From an uncultured delta proteobacterium (GTDB lineage Bacteria > Myxococcota_A > Polyangia > Polyangiales > Polyangiaceae): a stretch of 64,000 nt of DNA. The position numbers were made by a program, and so were the translations under genes. Below the pieces are notes generated by a model that had not been told where the DNA came from, did no database searches, and saw nothing but the letters and a program-made list of their open reading frames with translations. The stretch is from the NCBI GenBank assembly GCA_963696385.1, contig CAVOKF010000008.1, forward strand, positions 352,001-416,000, given 5' to 3'. Numbering within the stretch: the first letter of the stretch is position 1; each line of letters begins with the position of its first letter. Below, piece after piece: positions 20,186-29,932 of the stretch.

Positions 20186-21106
20186 TCACCGGATGCGCTC
20201 GCGCGAGCGGCGGTCGGCCGTGGCGATGTCGTCGTACACGGGTTCCTGTCCGAGCTCGCTCAAGCGAGCCAGTACTTCCAGATCCGCGGCGGACCCGCTC
20301 GATGCGAGGGGCGCCAGCCGCTCCGCCAGCAATCCAAGGGCGTCGCGCAAGCCCGTCGGGTGCTGCTCGACCGCGTCCGCCAAACGATCGACGACGGCGA
20401 CGGGAGGAATGCAGAGGCATCGTCCATAAATCTCGATGGCCCAGACCGCCCAAGCCGGATTGCTCGTGGCCATGGTCGTCATCGCCGCCTGCACGGCGAG
20501 AGCGGCCAACGCCACTTCGTCGACGTGACTGCCCGCGGCCACGAGCTCGTCGACCTGAGCCGCGGCGCGACGAATCAACCCCTCGGCATCCAGAATACGA
20601 CCGAGCCTCAGCGCTCGCTCGAGAGCCTCGACGAACAGTTGCATCGACCACTTTTGGGACAAGCTCGAGCCGCTCGCCGTCAGCGTCTCGTCGTCCGTCT
20701 GCTCGGTTGCCTCGCAGCCCGGACAAGCGAGCATCTCGCGCGGATAGGGCTGTCGGCAGTTCGCGCACAAACGAAGCTGACCGGTGGTTCGCGAATGGGC
20801 CCGTCCCGTTTCGTCCACTCGAGTAAACACGAGCTCCTGAGTACCGATACGCAGCCGATCGCCGTTTCGGAGCATCGTCGGTTGTTTGATGGATGCGCCG
20901 TTTACTTTGACGCCGTTGCGACTGCCCAGATCCTCGACTTGCGCTCCGCCGGGCACGATGACGATGCGGGCGTGGCGGCGCGAGACGAGCGGGTCCTCGA
21001 TCGTCAGGTGGCAATCGAGGCTGCGCCCGATGAGCGTGACGCCACGCGGAAGATCGAACTCTTGCAGCACGAACCTCAGGCGGTAGCGCGCCACGTGTGT
21101 TCCCAT
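20186..21106 (-). CDS. FHA domain protein with a zinc ribbon
   Basis: IGRSLDCHLTIEDPLVSRRHA...SRNGVKVNG; CANC...CPGC; helical C-terminus similar to the adjacent paralogue. Confidence 0.9.
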   Translation of the reverse strand: MGTHVARYRLRFVLQEFDLPRGVTLIGRSLDCHLTIEDPLVSRRHARIVIVPGGAQVEDLGSRNGVKVNGASIKQPTMLRNGDRLRIGTQELVFTRVDETGRAHSRTTGQLRLCANCRQPYPREMLACPGCEATEQTDDETLTASGSSLSQKWSMQLFVEALERALRLGRILDAEGLIRRAAAQVDELVAAGSHVDEVALAALAVQAAMTTMATSNPAWAVWAIEIYGRCLCIPPVAVVDRLADAVEQHPTGLRDALGLLAERLAPLASSGSAADLEVLARLSELGQEPVYDDIATADRRSRERIR

Positions 21107-21403
21107 CCTGTCTGCGACCCGCGTCGCGCAAAGCTCGGAGCATGCACGCTCCAAGTGAACTATAGTGCACTGCCGCCCTAGAGCGCTACGGCAATTGCCG
21201 AATCAAGGCGCGGCCGAATCCGTCACGCTACCGCAGTCGGCTCCCTTGCGGATTGTTTCTCATTGTCGTTGTCGTCACCCTCAAAGAAGCGCAACCCCAG
21301 ATAGCCCCACCCCAACGCTCTCATCGGCCCCTTTGGGTAACCGGTATCGCCCTTTTTCCTTCATTTTTCACCGTTGCACCTTCCTCCCACAGGCACACCC
21401 ATC

Positions 21404-21661
21404 GTGGACGAGCGTACGAAGGAACAGATCGAGCGCATTTGCCGAGAGGTCGTCGGCCCTCTCGTCGAGACCGACGGAGGTGAACTTCACATCGTTCGCT
21501 TCGAAGGCGACGACGTGCACATTCATTTGTCGGGCGCGTGCGCGGGCTGCCCCGGCGCGGCGTTGACAGGAAACGGCATCATCCTCGCCGCGCTCCGGTC
21601 CGCGGCGCCCAAAGTCCGGCTGATCTTGACCACAGGCGTTCGGATCCCACCCCACGGCTAG
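21404..21661 (+). CDS. NifU/NfuA C-terminal domain protein (Fe-S carrier)
   Basis: PLVETDGGE...LSGACAGCPG NifU_C motif. Confidence 0.85.
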   Translation: MDERTKEQIERICREVVGPLVETDGGELHIVRFEGDDVHIHLSGACAGCPGAALTGNGIILAALRSAAPKVRLILTTGVRIPPHG

Positions 21662-21667
21662 AACGTC

Positions 21668-21773
21668 TTAGTACAGCGCCCCATTGAACGGTACCCAGCT
21701 TCGCTGGGCACGCCTGCTTCGCAGGCGGGCGCTGTACTAAGATGATTTCCTTGGGGCTTCGCCCCGAACCCCC
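21668..21773. repeat. Structured small repeat (REP/MITE-like), copy 2, followed by a GGGGCTTCGCCCC hairpin
   Basis: TTAG-TACAGCG...CGCTGTA-CTAA-GATGATTTCCTTGGGGCTTCGCCCCGAACCCC; homologous to 7684-7779. Confidence 0.85.
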
Positions 21774-21790
21774 AATCGCTTGCCGGCCAT

Positions 21791-21847
21791 TGAGTACACC
21801 GCACGGCTGATCCCTTTGTTCTGGAGCGGTGTACTTAGTACAGCGCC
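21791..21847. repeat. Related small inverted-repeat element abutting a further TTAG-TACAGCGCC end
   Basis: AGTACACCGC...GCGGTGTACT inverted repeat (21793-21835), then TTAGTACAGCGCC (21835-21847). Confidence 0.65.
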
Positions 21848-21869
21848 TGGCGGTCGGTCCGCCGTGTCG

Positions 21870-22691
21870 TCAGTTGTGCTTCTTCTTGGACGCGCCGGCG
21901 TCCGTCGCGACGCGACCGGCGTTGGGGTCGCTGATTCCGCCCTTGGTGATGGCCGCAATGGACGGGTCGAGTGCAAAGGGATCCACCGCCTTGTTCGAAC
22001 GAAGCGAGGGCAGGTTCGAGAGAGTCCGTTTGTCTTCGAGAACGATCCCCGCGAGATGTTCGCTCGTTCGGTCGACGACACGAAGGTGCGTCAGTCCGTC
22101 TTGCCAATCGGCGGTCGTTCGGTCCAGGCCTTGCGTAGAGTCGGCGTTTCGAAGGCGCGGCGGAGCGCCCAGAATCCCGCCGAGCTTCGCGACGGCACTT
22201 TGGAACGTGGCTCCAAGAGGGCCATCGGCTTTGAGTGGAGCCTCATCATAAATTTTCCAGAGCCGGTCCTTGATATAAAAGAAATACCGGGCGTTGCCGT
22301 CCTTCAAGAGCCTTTGGATGGCCTCGCCATTGTTGTAGGTGTATTCGCCGTGCAACGGCGTCACGTCGTATCCGGTCGGTGAATCCAAGAACTCGGTGTA
22401 GCTGCGCACGAAATTGGCCTTGCGGCTGTCGCGTTCGGATTCCAGCTCGTCCATGTCGCTGCCCGGCTGCAGGTGAGCGAGCTTGGTTGCGTACTCCTGA
22501 TCGAAAATGCCCGTAGCCTTGTTGTACGCATCGACGACCTCGGAACGGGTCATTCCCCAGTGGATTTCTTTTTGCATTAGAGGTGCAAGAGAGGACACGA
22601 CCGGAGCGTCGCGCGACGGAGCGGCAAGCCCGGTCAGGACGAGCGTGACGCCCGCGGCAAGTACGAAGGCAGCAGCGATGGCCCGTTTCAT
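21870..22691 (-). CDS. Exported hypothetical protein
   Basis: Signal peptide MKRAIAAAFVLAAG; WGMTRSEV and RYFFYIKDRLWK segments; plausible RBS GGAAGGAAG. Confidence 0.7.
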   Translation of the reverse strand: MKRAIAAAFVLAAGVTLVLTGLAAPSRDAPVVSSLAPLMQKEIHWGMTRSEVVDAYNKATGIFDQEYATKLAHLQPGSDMDELESERDSRKANFVRSYTEFLDSPTGYDVTPLHGEYTYNNGEAIQRLLKDGNARYFFYIKDRLWKIYDEAPLKADGPLGATFQSAVAKLGGILGAPPRLRNADSTQGLDRTTADWQDGLTHLRVVDRTSEHLAGIVLEDKRTLSNLPSLRSNKAVDPFALDPSIAAITKGGISDPNAGRVATDAGASKKKHN

Positions 22692-22825
22692 GTCTTCCTT
22701 CCCATCCTAGAGAATCCGCGCCGAAATTAGCACAGGCCCGGCCGCACAAATGTCTTCCGACGGCCCCCGGGGCGGCGCCGCACTTACGCGCGGCAACCTT
22801 ACGCGGTACAAACTTCCGATCCAAC

Positions 22826-23395
22826 GTGTGGTCCCGACTTTTCAGCAGCTCAGCGCTTCTCGCGCTTTGCCTCGCCTCCGAGTCGTGCACGGATATGACC
22901 GCGCCGCCCGCCGTTGCGCAACCGCTATCGTCGTACGGGGGCCACGCCGCGGAGCTGTTCGACGATACGATCGAGCCATCGGCGGTCGGCTTCGAAGTCG
23001 GGGGCGGCGGGCAACTTTTGGCGGCTCAAGCGCTGACCGAGCGTACCCAATCCGCGGACTCCGTCGTCCTGGCTCGCGTCGTGACGGTCACTTCCCAGCC
23101 CGACCCGGCCGGGCGAAGTTGGCAAGTGGGACTGCGCACCCTCGCCCATCTCGCGGGGCCGCGACCCCGCACCGGAGACTTCACGCTCTCGGTCGCCGCA
23201 TCGGATCCGGCGGCCGGCATCCTGCGCGCCGTCGAAGCGCGTCTCGTCGGCGTGACGTTCGTCGTACTCCTGCGTGATTTCGCGTCGGGTGAGCGCGGTG
23301 GCTCGGTCACGGCGACTCACTTTCATGTGGTGCGCGACTCGAGAGAGCAGCTCGACGCGATCCACGCCGCCGCCGTCCTTGGCGAAGTCCGCTAG
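22826..23395 (+). CDS. Hypothetical exported protein or lipoprotein
   Basis: Hydrophobic N-terminus with Cys; co-oriented with map. Confidence 0.55.
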   Translation: MWSRLFSSSALLALCLASESCTDMTAPPAVAQPLSSYGGHAAELFDDTIEPSAVGFEVGGGGQLLAAQALTERTQSADSVVLARVVTVTSQPDPAGRSWQVGLRTLAHLAGPRPRTGDFTLSVAASDPAAGILRAVEARLVGVTFVVLLRDFASGERGGSVTATHFHVVRDSREQLDAIHAAAVLGEVR

Positions 23396-23430
23396 CGGCA
23401 GGCCGCCGCAATCGGTGCTACGGCCATTGG

Positions 23431-24231
23431 GTGGCCGTCGACATCAAGAGCCCGAGAGAAATCGACCTGATGCGTACCGTCTGCCGCTTGGCCTCGGAGA
23501 CGCTTCTGTTGGTGGGTGACACCCTTCGCGCCGGAATGACGACCGAAGACATCGATCGACTCGTTCACGAGGATACGCTGCGTCAGGGAGCCCGACCGGC
23601 ACCCCTCAACTACAAGGGGTTTCCCAAAAGCGTGTGTACGAGCGTCAACGAAGTCGTCTGCCACGGAATCCCCGACGGCACGGTCCTGAAGAACGGCGAC
23701 ATCGTCAACGTCGACGTCACCCATGTCTACGAGGGGTTCTTCGGCGACACGAGCGCCACATTTTACGTCGGCACCCCCGGTGCCGCGGCGCGCCACGTGG
23801 TCGAAGTGGCCCGACGGGCGCTCGACATCGGAATCGCCGAGGTTCGCGACGGCGCGCGCCTCGGCGACATCGGCGGGGCCATCCAGGAGTACGTCGAGGG
23901 GCAAGGCTGCAGCGTCGTGCGCGATTTCGTCGGTCACGGGATCGGCCGGAAGTTCCACGAGGCGCCCCAGGTCAAGCATTACGGCAAGCGAGGGACCGGG
24001 GATCGGATACGAAGCGGCATGACGTTCACGATCGAGCCGATGGTCAACTCGGGCGGCTGGGAGGTCGAGGTCGATTCGGCCGACAAGTGGACCGTTCGCA
24101 CGCTCGACCGCAGCTTGAGCGCACAGTTCGAGCACACGCTTTTGGTCACACGCAACGGATGCGAAATCCTCACCGCGCGGCCGCGGGCGTTGCGCAGCAG
24201 CGAGAACGTCGCGACGCTGTTCGTCGCGTAG
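23431..24231 (+). CDS. map: Type I methionyl aminopeptidase
   Basis: CTSVNEVVCHGIP, DIVNVDV, GDTS, GHGIG..FHE, TIEPM, AQFEHT. Confidence 0.96.
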   Translation: MAVDIKSPREIDLMRTVCRLASETLLLVGDTLRAGMTTEDIDRLVHEDTLRQGARPAPLNYKGFPKSVCTSVNEVVCHGIPDGTVLKNGDIVNVDVTHVYEGFFGDTSATFYVGTPGAAARHVVEVARRALDIGIAEVRDGARLGDIGGAIQEYVEGQGCSVVRDFVGHGIGRKFHEAPQVKHYGKRGTGDRIRSGMTFTIEPMVNSGGWEVEVDSADKWTVRTLDRSLSAQFEHTLLVTRNGCEILTARPRALRSSENVATLFVA

Positions 24232-24251
24232 CGGCCCCGGGGGGCCGGATC

Positions 24252-25991
24252 TCACGCACCCGACTCGCGGTCGCGGGCGGCAAGCATCTCGGCCGCGGCG
24301 CGGCGCGCCGCATCCCCGACCTTGATGCCACCGATCATTCGAGCGACCTCGTCGACGCGCTCGGCCGCGGACATGCGGCGCACGGTCGCATGCGTCCGAC
24401 CGCGGATCTCGCTCTTGCCGACGACGAAATGGGCGTCGGCCAGGGCGGCAATTTGCGGCAGGTGCGTGATGCAAACGACTTGGCGGTGGCGCGCGATGTC
24501 GGCGATGGACCGACCAATCACTTCGGCAATCGCGCCGCCGACGCCGGCGTCGACTTCGTCGAACACGTAGGTCCCCGCCGGGCCCTGGTCGGCAAGAACG
24601 CGCTTGAGCGCGAGCAACGCGCGCGACAGCTCTCCTCCGCTCGCGATCTTGCGAAGAGGGCGGGGCTCCTCGCCCCGATTGGGCGCGATGAGAAACTCGA
24701 CCCGATCGATTCCCGCGCGGGTCAGGCGGGCGCCATCGACAAGAAGCGCCTCGGCGACGGACGTTTGAGCGCCGGTCGGCGTCACTTCGACGACCACGCG
24801 CGCGCGCCCCATTCCGAGCTCCGAGAGCTCGCCGCCAATCGCGTCGGCAAGGGCGTCGGCGGCGTCGCGCCGCTTGCGTGACAAGGCGCGCGCGGCGACC
24901 CCGACCCGCCCGGCGAGCTCCGCTTTGCGCTTCTCGATCTCGACCGCGCGATCGAAGGCACCGGCGAGCGAGTCGAGTTCGCCGGAAAGTGCGGTGCGGT
25001 GAGCCAGCACGTCGGTCGTCGATGGACCGTGCTTGCGCAAGAGCTTCTGAAGGCGAAATGCTCGATCCTCCACCTCCGCGAGCCGTTGCGGGTTGGCTTC
25101 GACGCCTTCGGCGTATCGCGCCAGTGCGCGCGCGGCATCCGCGAGCTCGGCCCGCGCGGACTCCACGACCCGAGCGTAGCCGGCGAGCGACCCATCGATC
25201 TCGGCCGCCTGGTCCAGTTCCGACACGAAGCGGCCCAGTTCGTCGCACACGGCGCCTTCGCCCTCGTAAAGCCGCTCCGCTGCGTGCCGCGTCGCGGCCT
25301 GGAGGCGCTCGGCGTACCGAAGGCGGGCTCGTTCGTGTTCGAGGTCCTTCTCCTCTCCGTCTCGGGGATCGACCTCGTCGATCTCGCGAATTTGCCAGCG
25401 CAGGAAGTCTTCGCGCTCAGCCCGCCCGCGCTCGCTTTCGGTCACGGCACCGAGCTCGCGCACCAGATCGCACAGGGCATCGACCTTCAGCGCGAGGTCT
25501 CTTCGCTCCTCTTGCAGGTGTCCAAAGGCATCGAGATACTCGAGATGCGTGGTGGGATCCGTCAGAGAGACGCTTTCGTGCTGCGAGGCGATGTCGCACA
25601 GGTCCGCGGCGATCTCGGCCAATTGCGACGCCGTGCACAGGCGCCCGTTCACGTACGCTCGACTGCGTGTGTCCGTTCGCGCGCCCGTGGCGGGCGGCTG
25701 CACGACCCGACGGATGACGAGTTCGCGGTCGCTCGGAATTCCCGCCGCCTCGAGCTTGGCGGCCGCGCGGGATCCGGGGACGATGTCGAACAGCGCCTCG
25801 ACCTCGGCTTCGTCGGCCCCCGATCGGACCACGTCGGGGCGCGCTCGGCCCCCGAGCACGAGCGAGAGGGCACCAATCAGCATGGACTTGCCGGCGCCGG
25901 TTTCCCCGGTGATCACATTGAAACCAGCCTCGAGTTCGAGCACGAGCCGCTCCATCAGCACGAAATTGCGAACGCTCAGCTGAACCAGCAC
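24252..25991 (-). CDS. recN: DNA repair protein RecN
   Basis: ITGETGAGKS Walker A, ASGGELSR signature, FDEVDAG, CITHLPQIAA; GTG start at 25991. Confidence 0.96.
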   Translation of the reverse strand: MLVQLSVRNFVLMERLVLELEAGFNVITGETGAGKSMLIGALSLVLGGRARPDVVRSGADEAEVEALFDIVPGSRAAAKLEAAGIPSDRELVIRRVVQPPATGARTDTRSRAYVNGRLCTASQLAEIAADLCDIASQHESVSLTDPTTHLEYLDAFGHLQEERRDLALKVDALCDLVRELGAVTESERGRAEREDFLRWQIREIDEVDPRDGEEKDLEHERARLRYAERLQAATRHAAERLYEGEGAVCDELGRFVSELDQAAEIDGSLAGYARVVESARAELADAARALARYAEGVEANPQRLAEVEDRAFRLQKLLRKHGPSTTDVLAHRTALSGELDSLAGAFDRAVEIEKRKAELAGRVGVAARALSRKRRDAADALADAIGGELSELGMGRARVVVEVTPTGAQTSVAEALLVDGARLTRAGIDRVEFLIAPNRGEEPRPLRKIASGGELSRALLALKRVLADQGPAGTYVFDEVDAGVGGAIAEVIGRSIADIARHRQVVCITHLPQIAALADAHFVVGKSEIRGRTHATVRRMSAAERVDEVARMIGGIKVGDAARRAAAEMLAARDRESGA

Positions 25992-26162
25992 GCCGCCACC
26001 ATACCCGTCCAGGGTGCCGCCGCGCATTTCGCGCGCCGCCGGGTACGGGCTTGACGTGCTCGTGCGGAATTCATTAGCCTGCACGCGATGTCCGCGCTCA
26101 GCGGCGCGCCGAAAATACTAGTCTTTTCGCGCAAGTATCTACCAGGTGCCACCTCACGCGCG

Positions 26163-26975
26163 ATGCGGTCCCGAACCAACTCGAAAAAGAAGGCGTCCGG
26201 GCCCCCGCCCGAGACACCGAGAGTGTTCTCGATCGAGGAGCGCACGAGCTACCTCGAGGACCGGCTGAAGAGCGCCTCGTCGGAGTTTCAGGCGAAGTAC
26301 CGCGACGACTTGGACATGAGCTGGATCGCGCACGACAGCGCCCTCGAGGGGGCGGTTTACACGATTTCGGAGCTTCGCACGGCCATCGGCGGCATCGAAG
26401 CCGCTTCAAGTGCGGATTCAGCGATGCAGCCGGCCGTGGAGGAGATTCGCAAGCACCGAGAAGCCCTGAACTTCGTTCGGGAGCAAGCCACGCGCCGGCG
26501 AGCCCCCATCACGGTCGATGTCGTCAAACGCATTTATTGCGTGTTGCACCCGGAAGAGGGCGACCCCAAGACGGCCAAATACCGCAAGGATATCCCGCAG
26601 CATCGACTGTATTTTCACGAGTACGCTCCCCCCGACAAGATCGCCTACAAGCTGCGTCAGGTCATCGATTGGATGAACGATCCGGAGTCGCGGAGAACGC
26701 GGACTCCGGTCCGCCTGGCGGCGCGGGCGCACTACGACATCATCCGCATATTTCCGTTTGCCACCGACAGCGGCAAAGTCGCCCGGCTCGTCATGAACCT
26801 CCTACTTTTACGCAGCGGATATCCGCCGGCCATCATTCATTCGACCGAGCGGCAGCGCTATTACGAAGCGCTCAAGGGCTCGAGCACGACGATGCATACG
26901 ATCGTGCAGGACGCGATCGAAAACAGCCTGGCTTCCATCGAGAAGCTGCTCGATGCCTACGACGGCAAAGGGTAA
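26163..26975 (+). CDS. Fic-domain protein with a degenerate active site
   Basis: DSALEG inhibitory-helix motif, AHYDIIRIFPFATDSGKVARL in place of HPFxDGNGRxxR, GYPPAII..ERQRYYEAL. Confidence 0.85.
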   Translation: MRSRTNSKKKASGPPPETPRVFSIEERTSYLEDRLKSASSEFQAKYRDDLDMSWIAHDSALEGAVYTISELRTAIGGIEAASSADSAMQPAVEEIRKHREALNFVREQATRRRAPITVDVVKRIYCVLHPEEGDPKTAKYRKDIPQHRLYFHEYAPPDKIAYKLRQVIDWMNDPESRRTRTPVRLAARAHYDIIRIFPFATDSGKVARLVMNLLLLRSGYPPAIIHSTERQRYYEALKGSSTTMHTIVQDAIENSLASIEKLLDAYDGKG

Positions 26976-27058
26976 TCGCCGCCAGGCGCCGAAGCGCGGA
27001 ATCCGTTACGCGGCCACCGGGTGACAACCCTGGAAAGCGCGAGTAAGCCAAAAGAACC

Positions 27059-27844
27059 ATGCTCGCCAAGCGCGTCATTCCGTGCCTCGATGTGCGGGAA
27101 GGACGTGTCGTCAAGGGAGTTCGGTTCGTCGGACTGAGGGACGCGGGCGATCCGGTGGAATGTGCGCGGCGCTACGATGCGGAGGGTGCCGACGAGATCA
27201 CATTTCTCGACATTACCGCTTCGCACGAGGGACGCGGAACGCTGCTCGAGGTGGTCGCTCGGACCGCAGACGCCATTTTTGTTCCTCTGACGGTCGGAGG
27301 CGGGGTGCGGTCCGCCGACGACGTCCGCGCGCTGCTCGCGGCCGGCGCCGACAAGGTGAGCATCAACACCGCCGCCGTGACGACACCGGACATCGTGCGC
27401 AGGTGCAGCGACTCGTGGGGTTCGCAGGCGATCGTCGCCGCCATCGATGCGAAACGGCGCCCGCGGGGCGACGGCTGGGAGGTCTTCATCCACGGCGGTC
27501 GCACGGCCTCCGGTCTGGACGCCGTCGGTTGGGCGACGGAACTGGCGAGGCTCGGGGCCGGAGAGATTCTGCTCACGAGCATGGATCGGGACGGGACCCT
27601 GTCGGGTTACGACATCGAGCTGACACGGGCCGTATCCGACGCGATTTCCATTCCCGTCATCGCGAGCGGCGGAGTGGGTTCGCCTGAACACCTGATTTCG
27701 GGCCTCATCGATGGGCACGCGAGCGCCGTGCTCGCGGCGAGCCTATTTCACGACGGCACCTGTTCGATCCTGCAGGCCAAACGCATGCTGTCGGACGCCG
27801 GCGTTCCGGTCCGCCTGACGGATGCCGCGGAGCCGGCCCGATGA
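27059..27844 (+). CDS. hisF: Imidazole glycerol phosphate synthase, cyclase subunit
   Basis: [37 protein letters not shown]. Confidence 0.97.
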   Translation: MLAKRVIPCLDVREGRVVKGVRFVGLRDAGDPVECARRYDAEGADEITFLDITASHEGRGTLLEVVARTADAIFVPLTVGGGVRSADDVRALLAAGADKVSINTAAVTTPDIVRRCSDSWGSQAIVAAIDAKRRPRGDGWEVFIHGGRTASGLDAVGWATELARLGAGEILLTSMDRDGTLSGYDIELTRAVSDAISIPVIASGGVGSPEHLISGLIDGHASAVLAASLFHDGTCSILQAKRMLSDAGVPVRLTDAAEPAR

Positions 27845-29514
27845 ACAACGGCGGAGGAGCGATCGACTCGTCGGTGACGCTCGACGAGGTCTTCGCCGTG
27901 CTGGGCGCCAAGCGGGTGCCGCTCGCTCCCGAACTCGCCGGGTATCTCGTGCTCGAGGTCGCCGAGCATGCGGACCCGAGCGGCGGCGACGTCGACCCGA
28001 AGAGTGTCTTCGTCGGCGAGGAGGGCACCGTCGCGCTGGTCAAGCCGAAACGGAGCGCCACGACTGGAGACGCGGAAGCCTCGGTTCGCGCCATGCTCGC
28101 GCGCTTGCTCGACGTGAGCGGGTCGCAAACACCGGCGCTCGCCGCCGCCAGCAAGAGGAAAAGCGGCGTGGGGCTGCCGGCACTGGCGGAAGAGCTCGAG
28201 ACCGCGTTGGTGCCGGTCAACCGCGCAGCGGGCCGGCGAGCACTCGCTCGCCTGGCGCGCGAAGTGCGCAGAGTGACTCTCGGCGTAGGTCGCAATGCCC
28301 TTCCCTCGTCGAGCGACGCCGCCGCCTCCTCGCGGCGACCCGTGGCTTCGTCCGCCGCCACGGCCGAGGGCACGCCGTTGCCGCCCCGCGCGACGCCGGC
28401 GAACCTCTTGCCGGAAGAAGAGGCGACCACCACGCGACGGCCCATGCCGGGCGAGCTCCTCAACCGGACGATCCCGGCGGAAGGCGCCGATCGGCAGACC
28501 CAACGAGCGGAGTCGTCGTCACCCTCGGATCAATCGCCGGACAACGAGGTCGATTTGCTCATCGAGCAGTTCGGCGGATCGTCGGACGGGGTTCAGGCGC
28601 ATGCCCCGGCCCTCAAGGCGATGGCGGGGCTCGAGCCGACTCCCCCTCCTCCAGTAGTGCCGTTTTCCGCCCCCGCCAATGGCCAGCACGCGATGGGCGA
28701 GATCGATTCGCTTCTCGCGGCGGGCGCGGCGGGCGCCGAACCACGGCCCTCGCCCGCCAACGATCGCCACCTGACCACGCAGCCATCCCAGCTGCGGCGC
28801 CAACGACCCTCGTCGCCGACGGTCGCCCGTCTCGAGCGCAAGCCTGCATCCGCATGGATTCCGGTCGTCGCGATCGTCGCCCTGGGCGCAGGCTCTTTTG
28901 CCGCGTACAAGATCCGACCCAGTCTTTCGGCCAAGGCGCCGTCGGAGCACGCGCCCCCTTCAACGGCCGCGCTCGCGGTTCAGTCGCCACCTGCCTGTCG
29001 TGGGACGCTGATCCTCTCGAACGTGCCGCCGCGTGCCGAAGTGCTCCTGCGCGAAGGACAGGCACCGGTCGACGTCGACAAGATGCCCGTCGGCGCACGC
29101 CTCGAGTTCGTTGCGACGGCCGAGGGATACGCGCCGAAACGGGTGGTCGTGCCGAGCGGGGCGATCTGGGACACCGGCGCGGACGGCAAGCCTCGTTTCG
29201 AATCCGCCGTGCAGCTCGACAAAGCGCCCAAAACGGGCGCCGATCCGTGGCCCGCCGGAGAGCCGGGAAGCGAAGTGGGAGGGCAAGGTCCACCCGGCAC
29301 CGTGCACGTCGTGGCCACTCCGCGCGGCGCCGAGATCTGGATGCTGGCCGGGCTGGGGCCCGAGGCTCGCATCGAGCAACTGCGCTGCGACCGCGATCTC
29401 GACGTACTCGTCGCTGGACCGACGACGCTCCGAAAGAGGATGCACGTGCCCGCGCGAGACTTTCGACGCGAGACTCCTTCCGGACCCATGGTCTTACGCG
29501 TCAACGTGCCCTAG
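27841..29514 (+). CDS. Bitopic protein: kinase C-lobe-like remnant, low-complexity linker, TM, PEGA-like domains
   Basis: [57 protein letters not shown] and [13 protein letters not shown]-like starts. Confidence 0.6.
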   Translation: MNNGGGAIDSSVTLDEVFAVLGAKRVPLAPELAGYLVLEVAEHADPSGGDVDPKSVFVGEEGTVALVKPKRSATTGDAEASVRAMLARLLDVSGSQTPALAAASKRKSGVGLPALAEELETALVPVNRAAGRRALARLAREVRRVTLGVGRNALPSSSDAAASSRRPVASSAATAEGTPLPPRATPANLLPEEEATTTRRPMPGELLNRTIPAEGADRQTQRAESSSPSDQSPDNEVDLLIEQFGGSSDGVQAHAPALKAMAGLEPTPPPPVVPFSAPANGQHAMGEIDSLLAAGAAGAEPRPSPANDRHLTTQPSQLRRQRPSSPTVARLERKPASAWIPVVAIVALGAGSFAAYKIRPSLSAKAPSEHAPPSTAALAVQSPPACRGTLILSNVPPRAEVLLREGQAPVDVDKMPVGARLEFVATAEGYAPKRVVVPSGAIWDTGADGKPRFESAVQLDKAPKTGADPWPAGEPGSEVGGQGPPGTVHVVATPRGAEIWMLAGLGPEARIEQLRCDRDLDVLVAGPTTLRKRMHVPARDFRRETPSGPMVLRVNVP

Positions 29515-29891
29515 CGCGCCCCGCCCGCCTCGCGCCCAAGCGCCTCGAGCTCCTTCAGAAGCGCGGTTGGACTGAAGGGCTTCGTGTAGTACGCCGTCGC
29601 GCCCACGTCGGCCGCCTGCCGCTTCGATGCGTCGTCGGTCAACGCGCTGATGACGATGATCGGCACCAAACGCGTGCCCTGTGCGGCACGAAGCTTGCGG
29701 CAAACGTCGAAGCCGTCGAAGCTTCCGGGCAAGTGAAGGTCCAGCAGGATCGCATCCGGGGGATGGGCGAGCGCCGCGTCGATGCCCTTTGCGCCGTTCG
29801 GAACGGCCTCCACGTGATGTCCACGCGCGGCGACGAGCGTCTCGATCATGTGTCGAATGGAGTCGGAATCCTCGACGATCAGAATTCTCAT
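29511..29891 (-). CDS. Single-domain response regulator (receiver)
   Basis: RILIVEDS, LLDLHLPG..DG, VISA, KPF are all intact. Confidence 0.92.
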   Translation of the reverse strand: MRILIVEDSDSIRHMIETLVAARGHHVEAVPNGAKGIDAALAHPPDAILLDLHLPGSFDGFDVCRKLRAAQGTRLVPIIVISALTDDASKRQAADVGATAYYTKPFSPTALLKELEALGREAGGAR

Positions 29892-29932
29892 CTCGTCGCC
29901 TCGAGACCGGGTCCAAAGGTTACACGACGCCC

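Noticed and set aside
26163..26975. Fic/Doc toxin-antitoxin module
   Set aside because: No adjacent antitoxin ORF, the catalytic His is absent, and the context is core genes
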